A DNA stretch of 64,000 nt from Podarcis tiliguerta (Eukaryota), in assembly GCA_965153285.1 (NCBI GenBank), contig OZ229121.1; one strand, given 5' to 3'. The translations under genes and the position numbers were made by a program. Shown piece by piece: positions 1 through 10,795 of the stretch (position 1 is its first letter; every line of letters begins with the position of its first letter). Below the pieces are notes generated by a model, which saw nothing but the letters and a program-made list of their open reading frames with translations, was not told the origin of the DNA and ran no database searches.

Positions 1-756
1 TGCAAGACTTGGGTGGGGGCAGAGTTAACATCTCATTCCTCCATGCCACTGTTCAGATCCAGATTGGGTGCACGGTTGGCTGCAATGCTATTTTGTTTTG
101 TTTTTTTAAAATTATAAATCTATATATCTGTGTGTTTCACATTTATCTAGTTTGGCGCTTGGTGATCATGCACATGCTTAGAATGACAGTTGGATGGTCA
201 TTCAGTGCTGACTGGTGCTGCCAACTTATGATTTCAGAAATGCTGGTTTGAGTTTATGGGTGGAGACTGGTGGAATCTGATAGGCACTAGAGATGAATCC
301 AACCATCGCTCTCAGAAATTCTAAGTTTCCACAGATTCTCCGGAAGGAGCCAAACTCTGTAGAATGACATCTCCAGAAACTCATACTAACTTTTAAGTTG
401 AAAATAGCAACGAAGACTAGAAAACAGGAGGTATTCCTGATAATTTGCGGGAATTTGAGCGTATACAGATGTCTGCTGCAAAAGGCAGAGGGGGGATACA
501 GAGAGAGGTGTTAGGTAGGTGGGTCTATCCTGATAACATTGGTGCAAGCCTCCCTGACAAATTGGTACAGCAAGGCTGGGAGAGGCAAATGGGAGAAGAG
601 TGATGTCACTCGGTCTCAATGTTGCATATGATGCTGCTTGAACTGTTGTGGCACAAGGATATATGAACATAGGGAATTGCCTTACACTGAGCAAGACCAT
701 TAGTCTATCTAGTGCAGGACTGTCTACTCTGACCAGTAGCGGCTACCTAGGGATTG

Positions 757-911
757 GTCTGTGTGGTGCAATGGGTCAGTGCATCTGGCTGTTAACCAGA
801 AGGTTGGTGGTTTGAACCCACCCAGGGACGGCTGTGGACAGGATTCCTGCATTGCAGGGCGTTGAACTAGATGACCCTCGGGGCCCCTTCCAACTCTACA
901 ATTCTGTGATT
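757..911 (+). mobile_element. SINE with full-length tRNA-Asn(GTT)-derived head (757-830) and CR1-type 3' tail
   Basis: 74-nt head colinear with vertebrate tRNA-Asn (about 62/74 identical to the recalled sequence, loop CTGTTAA). Followed by gattcctgcattgcagggcgttgaactagatgaccc...cttccaactctacaattctgtgatt, which matches the CR1 3' end at 43643-43820. Confidence 0.8.
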
Positions 912-935
912 ATGTTATTGAACGCTGAACCTTAT

Positions 936-1285
936 ACGCAGGTGGCACTGTGGGTTAAACCACAGAGCCTAGGACTTGCTGATCAGAAGGAAGGCAGTTC
1001 GAATCCCCGTGATGGGGTGAGCTCCCGTTGCTCGGTCCCTGCTCCTGCCAACCTAGCAGTTCGAAAGCACCTCAAAGTGCAAGTAGATAAATAGGTACCA
1101 CTCCGGCGGGAAGGTAAACGGCGTTTCCGTGCGCTGCTCTGGTTTGCCAGAAGCGGCTTAGTCATGCTGCACACATGACCCGGAAGCTGTACGCCGGCTC
1201 CCTCGGCCAATAAAGCGAGATGAGCGCCGCAACCCCAGAGTCAGCCACGACTGGACCTAATGGTCGGGGTCCCTTTACCTTTACC
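936..1285 (+). mobile_element. Sauria SINE (Squam1-type), near full length
   Basis: tRNA-like head ggtggcactgtgggttaaacc...gttcgaatccc, conserved body aagtgcaagtagataaataggtacc, tail (ACCTTT)n. Matches other copies in the window. Confidence 0.9.
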
Positions 1286-2688
1286 CTATTACCGCCAACC
1301 TAAAGTTGTCCCCCAGACATTTAAAATGGTTTGGATTGGCTGCCTGTTTCCTTGATGTCCTTGATGCATTTGAATTTATGTCTTTCAATTCAAATACAGC
1401 GTTCTGGTTTAATTGAATGGTGAATGTTAGTTAACCACACAAAGGGCTTAAACACCCAGCCATGGGTAGCTTGGTTGTGTCTGCCTTTAAAACTCCAAGA
1501 ATGGGAAGCTGGATACAAGCTGTTAGTCACTGTAGCATTTTAATCTACTTGCAACATTAGTACAGAGGGATAGAATATCATGTCATTATCTAATTACATT
1601 TGAGGTTAGTAGAACCTCAGGTAGTCACAAGGGAGAGACAGGTATCCCTGCAGGATACAGAAGATCCATTTTGGACTACAGAAATGCATACTGAATGTGT
1701 GGAGTCGCAGGAGACAAAGTACATGTTAGGTCAGCTGCTCTCAACCTTTTTGCTGACTCCAGACCACTTGAAAATTGCTAGGGGTCTCAGCAGACCACTT
1801 AATACATTTTTTTCACTGAAACCATTGTCAAAAGCAGCACCAAATTATGAAAATCACAGGTGCCAGGCTGCTGAGACTGGCCCCTTTAATTTGCAGATTT
1901 CTAGGGAGGAAATGCACCATCACTGCATTATGAAAATTGTAGGCCTTAGATCAGAGCCTTATTAGTCTGTCCAATAAATCCGTCTCTGATCAAAACAGCC
2001 TTGATCATCAGAAAAAAACAAATTGTGCTGGGTTAAGCGCAAGTATTTTTCATTTGTTCTCTAACCTTTCCATGGATCACCTGAACGGAGCTTGCAGACT
2101 ACCAGTGATCTATGGACCAGACTTTGAGAATTTCAGAGTTAGGTCATATCTGCACCAGACAACTTTTACAACATTGGAGCTAGCAAATGCCAATGAAGTC
2201 CTTGCCTCATGCCATGCCAAGAGCCATTTGAATAAACCTGTAGGCTGTACGTTACACTAAACAGTACCTGTTTTACACAACATGTTTTACAGATCATTGC
2301 CTTTCATTTCAGTTGGTGCCTTGACTTCCTCCTCCATTTCCATTGGGGCTGCAATACTTAACACCCACAATCTGACACAAGTTGAAAGATACACACGTTT
2401 AAATCTCGTTGATTTCATTGGGATATAACAGAACACAGAACAGTTCACTAGGTTGTGGCTTTTTAAAAAAAATGTGTGCATCTGCTTATTTATAAACGTA
2501 CTGCCTTCCAAAATAAATCAGACTTGATGCACAAGAAACATTTTCAAGATTCCTGGATCCAGAAAGGATACTTAAAGTTTATGCATTATAGAAATAACAA
2601 GAGGCTGGGTTTTTCCAGGCAGACTTGGTAACTTCTTGGTGATGATTGTCAGCCAATGCCTTACTGAAAGTGTTTTGTGTTTTGATAG

Positions 2689-2805
2689 ACTAAGAAAGCT
2701 TTGAAGAACATCCTGCAGAAGTGCACTCATCTGCCAGCACTCGAACCCTTATTGCATGATGCTCCTCCAAACATCCTGAAGCACATAGTCGGCCAGTTCA
2801 GTAAG
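2689..2805 (+). CDS. SPAG6: SPAG6 internal coding exon (third from last), 117 nt, phase 0/0
   Basis: Acceptor tttgatag| and donor |gtaaat. Translates TKKALKNILQKCTHLPALEPLLHDAPPNILKHIVGQFSK, matching the recalled vertebrate SPAG6 segment (SKKAIKNILQKCTYLPALEPFLYDAPPNILKHVVGQFSK). Confidence 0.96.
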
Positions 2806-4041
2806 GTAAATGAGCATTTGCTTACACTTCTTAAAGGCTCCATATGTGGCCAACATTTCTAAAACCCATCTGGGTAGCTTGATGAGCACATTCGCACTCT
2901 CAGGGCCAAGGGCAGCTGTTGCACACAGAAAACAACAACAACAACAGTGGCATAGGTTGGTCTTAACACTTGGGAAATAAAGGCCATTCTGTGCTGCTGC
3001 TTTCTTTCTGTGTTAGGATGCCTGTTACAGCTGCTTTTGGTCTTGTTCTTGTGCATCTGTGCAGGCAGCTGTACCTGAATCCAGTTCTGGAGTGTTTTGT
3101 TGAGGGCACTTGAAATCACTCGCTGGGAACAGCCAAGAGTGCAGCAGGAAAAAGGCTTTGCTCTGTGGATCAAGCCAAGGGAAGAAGGGAAAATACCCTT
3201 GCTATATACGGTATACTGCCTGCCAGGTGCAAGGGGCAGTGCTTGCATGAACCTGCCCTCTCAGGCCCATGCTCACATAACCAGTAGTGTAGTGGCAAAT
3301 TCAGAATTACAGGGCCCCTTCAGAATAGTCTCAGCCATGGCCTCTCACAGCTCCACCTGCTCCCTTCTAAGATTGTGCAGTAATCTTGTAAAATAATAAC
3401 TAGGGATGTATTCTGACTCCCCTCCTTTCACTCTGATTGGCTTCAGTCAGAACAGGAAGATTTCTCAGTGGCTAAAAAGCTCCCCTTTCATGCCAATAGG
3501 ATGCTAGAGACAGGGACCCTGCTGCAGAACTAGTTAGGGGTCTTTGACCCCCTGCATCCACAGACCACTGCATCTCTGTGCATAACTCCTGAGTCCCCTC
3601 TTCTTTAACAGGTTTTTTTAATATGACACTCCATGGTTTTATGCCTCAGATGGAATGAATAGTCAATGTTTTTCTAGAATAAACTGAAATTAGGAAACAA
3701 GAAATCCAGCCACAATATATTTTGTTAGTTGTCTCTGCAAACCTCAAGCCAATAAATGTATAAGAAAAGGGGCTCCCTTTATCAGTTTTTGGAACTCTAA
3801 TAGAATTCAGCCCTATATATCTTACTGCAATAAACTGCCTGCTTATATTAATAATGCAGTAATTTTTCAGGGCCATTGTTCAAAAACGTATTGTCTACCA
3901 TGTTTTACCCTTCCTATTTTTATTATTATTAAAAATGTAAAAGAAAGAAATCAAGCCACTTTTCTTTGTTCTTCTTGCCATTTTTAAAGAAATGAGGGCA
4001 AGATTTCCACTTGAGACTGCTTAACCCAAATAGAGCTCTGA

Positions 4042-4260
4042 GCGCTTATCCACACTTCCTCTTGTCCTTTTCCCCAGAGAAAACCACTCTTTAGCGCTCA
4101 ATCGGAGCAAACGGCAATTGAGGTTTCCCCTGGATTGACATGTGTTCTGATCTATTGCTAAAGAGTGGGCTTTCCCTTGGAAAGGAGTGGGGCAAGGGGA
4201 AAAACCACTCGGAACTGTGCTTTCTCACCACAGCACACAAGTGGAAGTACAGATGAGCCC
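4042..4260. mobile_element. PIF/Harbinger-like MITE
   Basis: Termini gcgcttatccacacttcc ... ggaagtacagatgagccc, internally palindromic, 3-bp flanks tga/cga. Second copy at 49349-49553. Confidence 0.6.
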
Positions 4261-5495
4261 CGAGTCTTGCAAAAAAAGGGGGGGCAGAGGGAATTACTCG
4301 AGAATTTAAATAGAGGCAATCCCTGCACTGGAAACAGCACACTTATTAGAGTCCAGTGGAGCTCTGTTTTGTAGTTTACCATATCACTCTTGTTTTAAGG
4401 GCCACCCTTTATTTTGAGAGCTGCCCCCTCCCAACCCCTATGTAGTCCCTTGCTCTCTGCTATGTGGCAAGGATGCTTTTTGGGGAGAAGCAGGGCCAAA
4501 AGAACTCTGGCATACATTCCCTGCCACATCCCATTCTATGCTGCAGCTTACCCTTAGTAGCCTCAGCTGAATCTGTCTCTCTGTTGAGTGGTACACATTG
4601 GTGTCAATACTTAGTGGACCTTAAACTATTAGAAATAATCACAAAGGCGAAGGTGAAATAAAGGATAACCTTTGTGCTTTTAAGATTTTATTAGGAGGGT
4701 TACGGCATGGATCAGATCAAGAGGAAAAGCTAGTACAAATGCATGCTAAGCAGAACAAAACAGTTTGAGTTTAGAGAAGCTTCTACTGAAATGATGGGTT
4801 GTATTGCTGCTAAGGACAGTAAGATCCTGATGCGGGCTTTCTGTCCAGAGCAGCCTTCCCCAGTCCGATGCTTCCAGATGTTGTTGGACTCCGACTCCCA
4901 TCAGTAGCAGCCAACATGGTCAACTGCCAGAGATAGGAGTTTTAGAGTACTGGAAAACATCTGGACAGCACTAGGTTGGGGAAGGCTAGTCAAGAGAATG
5001 TCAGGTTTAAAAAACAGAATATTTTGTATCTGACTGGGGAATTTTTTATCTGCAAAGCTAAAGTTGCCTTTGCACCTTCTTCCTGCTATTAATGTGCACA
5101 TAGGATCAGGATTGCTAATGTGGAACAGGAAGCAGAAGAGAGGCATTTGTAATTCAGATATGCATGCTGACCACTGTAGGTTTTGCAGTCGTGTACAAAT
5201 CAATTTGAGCAAAAACTGCTTTAAGCCTCCTGCTTGTTAATGAAAGTGCCCTGAGCAAGTGTGAGTCTGCAGTTCTTCTTCACTCTCTGGGCACAGTCCA
5301 GTGGTATGTTTTTCTGCACAAGTGCCTTTGCTGTTGTTCCCTTTCCCCCCTCCAGGCTTGCAGAGGAGAACATTCTGTTAGATTGTGCTCTTGGTGTCCC
5401 TCAATTTTGTTTTCAATATTAAAACTTCACAGGAGATAATAACCTTTGCAAAGAAATGCTGAATTTCTTACTATTATATGCTTCATTTTAAATAG

Positions 5496-5641
5496 GTTCT
5501 GCCCCATGATTCCAAAGCACGGCGCCTTTTTGTAACGAGTGGAGGCCTTAAAAAGGTTCAGGAGATAAAAGCAGAGGCTGGGTCACTTCTTCAAGAGTAT
5601 ATCTACACAATTAACAATTGTTATCCGGAGGAAATAGTCAG
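5496..5641 (+). CDS. SPAG6: SPAG6 penultimate coding exon, 146 nt, phase 0/2
   Basis: Acceptor ttttaaatag| and donor |gtaagg. Translates VLPHDSKARRLFVTSGGLKKVQEIKAEAGSLLQEYIYTINNCYPEEIV(R), in frame with the previous exon. Confidence 0.97.
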
Positions 5642-6989
5642 GTAAGGGTGGGAAACGATTCTGCACTTTCATTTATGCTGTCCGCAAAGCAATATAAAAA
5701 TGCTAGAGATTTATAAATACAATTTAAGTTCCTCTGTGACTTTCTCTTTCAGTCTGACATTGGGTGAGGGGCACAACAAAGTAACTGGACTTTTTCTTCT
5801 TCTTCTTATCATTCATTTGTATTCTGTTATGTGTACTGTATTTACTTACTTGGTTTTTTTGAAAGGGACTCTAGCCAAGATCAAAAATAACAATAACAAT
5901 GTACAAATATTCTACGCACCTAAAAGTGCCATGCCACATATGACAGTGAGGGGAGTTCCCAAAGCAATTTGTGATGTGGTCTGCGTTGGGATGGGCTGCT
6001 CAGATGGTAAAAAGGGTTTTAACAGAATCAACTCCTGAGTACACAAAGGTACTGGGTTATACCTAGAAGTCTTATTAGATGGCCTGAGATCCTTGGACCC
6101 AATATTCAGGATGCATGTTCACAAAGTAGGCAGTAACACCACTTTCTGTACAGTGTCCATCCACCGTACCACAAAGGGCCGGATAGTCAATTCCAGGAGA
6201 GAGAGGGTAGCTTCTGACACTAATGAAAATGTGAGGAATGGACTCCAGTTTTAAATCCACTCAGAGCAGACGGAATAGCCCTCCAGGATTTTAGATTTGC
6301 TAGGCTACGGATCGCATGTAGTGTCTGGCTGTCAATATGATTTTATCCTGTCCACAAAAGAAAATTGTGAGGAGTAGGATGAAAGGGACATGGCTATAGC
6401 CCGTTCGTCTTAGTTTCTGGACTTTCATAGCCTCCAAATTTCCTGCCTGTCTGAGTCATAAGCTCCTAAAGTGGAACGGACCCATCGTGCTCCCATAGTC
6501 CCTCCTCCAGGAAGGCCTAATAGAATGGGCTCCCAATCAGCTGTGTGCTAACAAAGAGGGAAGAAGTTGGCCATCCCTATGCCAGGCCATTGCTAATTCC
6601 AGATTGTTAAGATGCCATGCAATTGCACTCCCTCTGCTGGTCACCTGCATTTTCCATAGCATTCTGTAACTCAGTCCTGTTGGAGCTGGGAAAGTTTCAC
6701 CTGCAAACTGAATAAAATTAAATGATCTGGAATTTCCCCATAAAAGAAAATCCCTTCGACGATTCAGTGTCTTAAACTTCTGTCACCAAACCGGAGCACA
6801 TCATTAAGTGGATGTCAGAGATTTTATTATGCTGGCCTGGTAGGCAGATGTGCTAGAGGTATGTGCAGCCTTCCAGATGTTGCTGAACGGCAACTCAGAA
6901 CATCCCTGACCATTGGCCAAGCTGGCTGGGGATGATGGGAGTCCAGCAATATCTGGAGGGTCATAGGTTTCCCCACCCTTGTGCTAGAT

Positions 6990-7245
6990 CAGGGGTAGGC
7001 AACCTAAGGCCCATGGGCCGGATGCGGCCCAATCGCCTTCTCAATCCGGCCCATGGACGGTCTGGGAATCAGCGTGTTTTTACATGAGTAGAATGTGTGC
7101 TTTTATTTAAAATGCATCTCTGAGTTATTTGTGGGGCATAGGAATTTGTTCACTCCCCCCCCCCCCAAAAAAATATAGTCCAGCCCACCACATGCTCTGA
7201 GGGACAGTGGACCAGCCCACGGCTGAAAAACGTTGCTGACCCCTG
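6990..7245. mobile_element. hAT-type non-autonomous DNA transposon
   Basis: TIRs caggggtaggcaac / gttgctgacccctg; 8-bp TSD tgctagat / tgatagat. Confidence 0.85.
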
Positions 7246-8149
7246 TGATAGATCAACGCGACAGTCTATTTTAATCTCGTGTTCAAGATTTAAGATGTAC
7301 AATATTAACTGGCAGGGGGAGGTTAAGCACATAGTCTGAGCCCATGACTTTTTAGTCTGAAATAATCCTGTTGGTTTCAGTGGGATTTACTCCCAAGAAA
7401 GTGTGCATATAATTGTAGTTTCATTGAGAGAACACCATCAATTTGCTAGCAGAAAGAGGGAAATTATGCAAACTCTCTGTTTACATAGCACTCAGACATT
7501 GTTAATGTATTAGTGTTCTCTGTTACTCAAAGGTTTGCATACTCCCACACCAACAGATGTTGGTCCACTGAAATATCATCTTGTTTATTTTATATTTCCA
7601 CTTCCTTGCAGTTTCACCTAGAGAAGTTAAGGGTATTGTTCATTTTTGCATTCATAAATTATTTACTCTTTGTCTAGAAAAGGCAACAGTGATGCCATTT
7701 GAAACATTAAGAAACTAGTTTCTGCCCTGCTTCTTGGTTTGCAGTTTCTTACTGTCTGTTGATTTTTGTTTTGTCTTAAATGCCACACACTGCTTTTAAA
7801 TCTGACCTTTGTGCTGGGATCTAAGGGAAGCTGGGACACATTTTTATACTTTGATTGCATGCCCAAGAGGGAATCGTTAGACAGCAGTAAATTCCTCCAA
7901 GTAAAATCTTTAAGGGATCCAAACAACATTAAGCAAATTCTCCAGAGGGGAGCCTTTGGATGCTTGTGTTTTTCTTTGTCATCGCTAAGCAAAGCTGTAA
8001 TAGAGCAGAGGGTACAATTTCAGGTTTCAGGGAGAATGGAGGAGAGCAAGATTCACAGCAAGGGTCAAAGGACTCTTTTTGGATAGAAAGACCCAACGAC
8101 GAATATTTTTTTAAAAAATGGTGTGAATACTATGTATGCCTCGTAATTA

Positions 8150-8409
8150 CCGTATTTTTCGCTCTATAAGACACACCAGACCACAAGACGCACCTAGTTT
8201 TTGGAGAAGGAAAACAAGGAAAAAAATATTCTGACTCTCAGAAGCCAGAACAGCAAGAGGGATCACTGCGCAGTGAAAGCAGCAATCCCTCTTGCTCTTT
8301 TTGGCTTCTGGGATAGCTGCGCAGCCTGCATTTCGCTCCATAGACACACACACATTTCCCCTTACCTTTAAGGAGGAAAAAAGTGAGTCTTATGGAGCAA
8401 AAAATACAG
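8150..8409. mobile_element. Tc1/mariner-superfamily (Tc2/pogo-like) MITE
   Basis: TA flanks; TIRs ccgtatttttcgctctataagac / gtcttatggagcaaaaaatacag. Related copy at 58150-58600. Confidence 0.85.
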
Positions 8410-8460
8410 TACCTCAGATATATTGTAAAGTGCCCTGTGATCCTTGGATGGAGGGCAGTA

Positions 8461-8686
8461 CAGTGGTACCTCGGGTTACATACGCTTCAGGTTACAGACT
8501 CCGCTAACCCAGAAATAGTACCTCGGGTTAAGAACTTTGCTTCAGGATGAGAACAGAAATCGTGCTCCGGTAGCGTGGCAGCAGCAGGAGGCCCCATTAG
8601 CTAAAGTGGTGCTTCAGGTTAAGAACAGTTTCAGGTTAAGAACGGACCTCCGGAACAAATTAAGTACTTAACTCGAGGTACCACTG
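8461..8686 (+). mobile_element. TA-target (Tigger/pogo-like) MITE, family A
   Basis: TA|cagtggtacctcgggtta ... taactcgaggtaccactg|TA, with internal cttcaggtta repeats. Seven copies in the window. Confidence 0.9.
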
Positions 8687-9314
8687 TATAGTATTCTTAT
8701 TATTTATTATTAGCAGTGATCCTGAAGACTCACATCTGTCCTCTCCAAATGGTGAAGGAGAATGTGTAATTCTTTTTCTTGACATATTATACCAGGACAA
8801 ACAGAGTTGGGCCAGTGGAGGGAGGGATTCAGATACACAGTGACCAGCTTAAAATGTCTTTAGAACTAATCAACCCCTGCACAGGCCCAAACACATGGTT
8901 CCATTTCCTAGGCAGTAACATCAAATTGCAAATGACTAGGACCATAATACACAGCACAGAAGATGTGGAAGGTGAAAAAACAACAACATAGGCTGCAATC
9001 CTAATCCCACTTCCTTGAGGATAAATTCCATTGAATAAGTAGTTAGGATTGTGTTGCAAATTCTCTTGAACTCAGTGGGACTTACTTCTGAGTAGACATG
9101 TATAGACTTCTCTTGTTAATATCTGGTGGACATCTAATCCATTCTGCAATATAAAGTTACAAGGTTTGAGCAGCGGTGGACCTAATTGGCGGGGGGGGGG
9201 GGGGGGGCTGAAGCTTAAACTGTTATTGGGGGGGGGGGGGGAGGCATTCACAGCCAGCAAAAAGGTTTTTTTACTTTGGAAAAAAGGTGGGTAATGAGAG
9301 CAACATGATAGCAG

Positions 9315-9462
9315 TATTGTATATGACATGATCTATGATGTGGAGAAACTGGACAGAGAGATGTTTCTCACCCTCTTGCATAATACTTAAAGCCAGAGTC
9401 ATCCAATGAAACTGAGTGTTGGGAGCTTCCAGGCAGAGAAAAGTCCTTGTTGACATACCACA
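9315..9462 (+). mobile_element. CR1 LINE ORF2 3' fragment (degraded)
   Basis: gtggagaaactggacagagagatgtttctcaccctc...agagtcatccaatgaaactgagtgttgggag resembles the distal CR1 ORF2 region. Confidence 0.6.
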
Positions 9463-9894
9463 TGGAGTCCAGCTCTCTCACCCTATGTTTGGAGGAATCT
9501 CCTAAGATGGTTCTTCCCATTTACAGTTTTTATAAGTAGTTGTTTTGATATTTAAAAAAATAAAAAATGGGTGCCCCTAATTTATTGGCCTACAAATTAT
9601 TATTTTAAAATGTTCTAGCTGATAGAGCCAACCAATTACCTAATTAACTAAAGACTGATGCCCTAATAGTTGCATACTTGCTTAAGATGAAATCCTAACT
9701 CTTTGATTTATTCCTCTTAAACATGCTGGTATGTATCATATGTCATCTTTGGCCTTGACCCAGCACAGAGTGAAATGCACTTAATCCCACTGACTTCTTT
9801 CAGCAGGTTTAAGTATGCTTAATTCTGTGTTCAATGGTAGTTTGGTATTTAGCATGTTGAGTTTTTAATCAAGGCACCCTTGTTTCTCTTTCAG

Positions 9895-9961
9895 ATATTA
9901 TTCCCCTGGATATTCTGAAGCACTTCTGGAAAGGGTAGAAAATTATCAGCCAGTTCTATAA
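9895..9961 (+). CDS. SPAG6: SPAG6 last coding exon (to TAA)
   Basis: Polypyrimidine tract tgtttctctttcag|. The first base completes the split Arg codon (AG|A), then YYSPGYSEALLERVENYQPVL*, matching the recalled SPAG6 C-terminus (YYSPGYSDTLLQRVDSYQP). Confidence 0.96.
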
Positions 9962-10789
9962 ACCCTTCATCATTGGTGATAGAGCATTCCGTACCCCCCC
10001 ATTTCCAATCTGTGTTTTTGAGTGGCAAGTGACTATATTTCTAGTCTGGGAGATATTTAACTTTCTATATTCTTCTGTTCCCAATCAATTATGACAACAG
10101 GAAGACATACCCTTTCCATCTTTAATCTACACTTGGTTTTCTGGAAATCTTACCTAGGAACAAAGACTTTTACACACCTGTGTTAAGAGGCCTGCATTTC
10201 TCAGAAGTTATTGAGGACCTGAAGGGGCCAGCGCTCTTCCCGGATGTACCTGTGGTCTTCAGAGCAGTTTGTCCTATCAGGTCCTTAAGACAAAGAATAG
10301 AATGAGAGGATTACAGCCTCATCCAATAAGGCCTGGACCAGCATAGCCTTTGTTCATTTCAGCAGAGAGGTGCAGATTGAGATTACCCAGTCCAAGTAGG
10401 AATTGTCTTCAAATGAACAAACAAGTGGCAAACTACTTCCTCACCCCACTTCTTCACTGACCCCTGTACCACCTCCACATAAGCACTCTTTCCATGGCAC
10501 CTTGAAGAACCAAGGTGCAACTGGTAAATTGATGGGTATTTCACCCCCCCCCCCAAAGATACAGTTTTTGTCTCTGTAAACTTTTAGGAGTGGATTTCAA
10601 AAGAACTGTGATTTGGGTAGCAAAGTGTTTGAAAGGATAGGTGGTGAGTGATTAAAGGGAAGCTGAAAATAAGCATGGCATTGAATTTTACTTGAAAATT
10701 TATCAACTCCGGAAAGAGAGAATGCTTAAAATAATATTTAAAAATTGCACCTTGGCAACTTTCCAAAATGATAGCACTGGATACTAACA

Positions 10790-10795
10790 AATAAA
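10790..10795 (+). promoter_or_regulatory. Candidate SPAG6 polyadenylation signal (AATAAA)
   Basis: First AATAAA I found after the stop (about 830 nt of 3' UTR), with a U/GU-rich tract at about 10851-10880. Further AATAAA at 11946 and 12062. Confidence 0.4.

Noticed and set aside
757-830. Functional tRNA-Asn gene (and tRNA-Lys at about 60788-60860)
   Set aside because: Acceptor and D stems and T loops are mutated, there is no poly-T terminator, and each is followed by a CR1-type tail, so both are SINE heads.
983-1210. Recurrent similar peptides (MTKPLLANQSSARKR...) at several loci, suggesting a gene family
   Set aside because: All are translations of Sauria SINE copies.
8461-8686. Iterated cttcaggtta motifs as a CRISPR-like array
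   Set aside because: Short, irregularly spaced subterminal repeats inside a TIR/TA-bounded eukaryotic MITE; the intervening sequences are the same between copies and there are no cas genes.
9191-9241. Long poly-G runs as a functional G-quadruplex in the SPAG6 intron
   Set aside because: Similar G/C homopolymers occur throughout the window and their lengths are error-prone; nothing singles these out.
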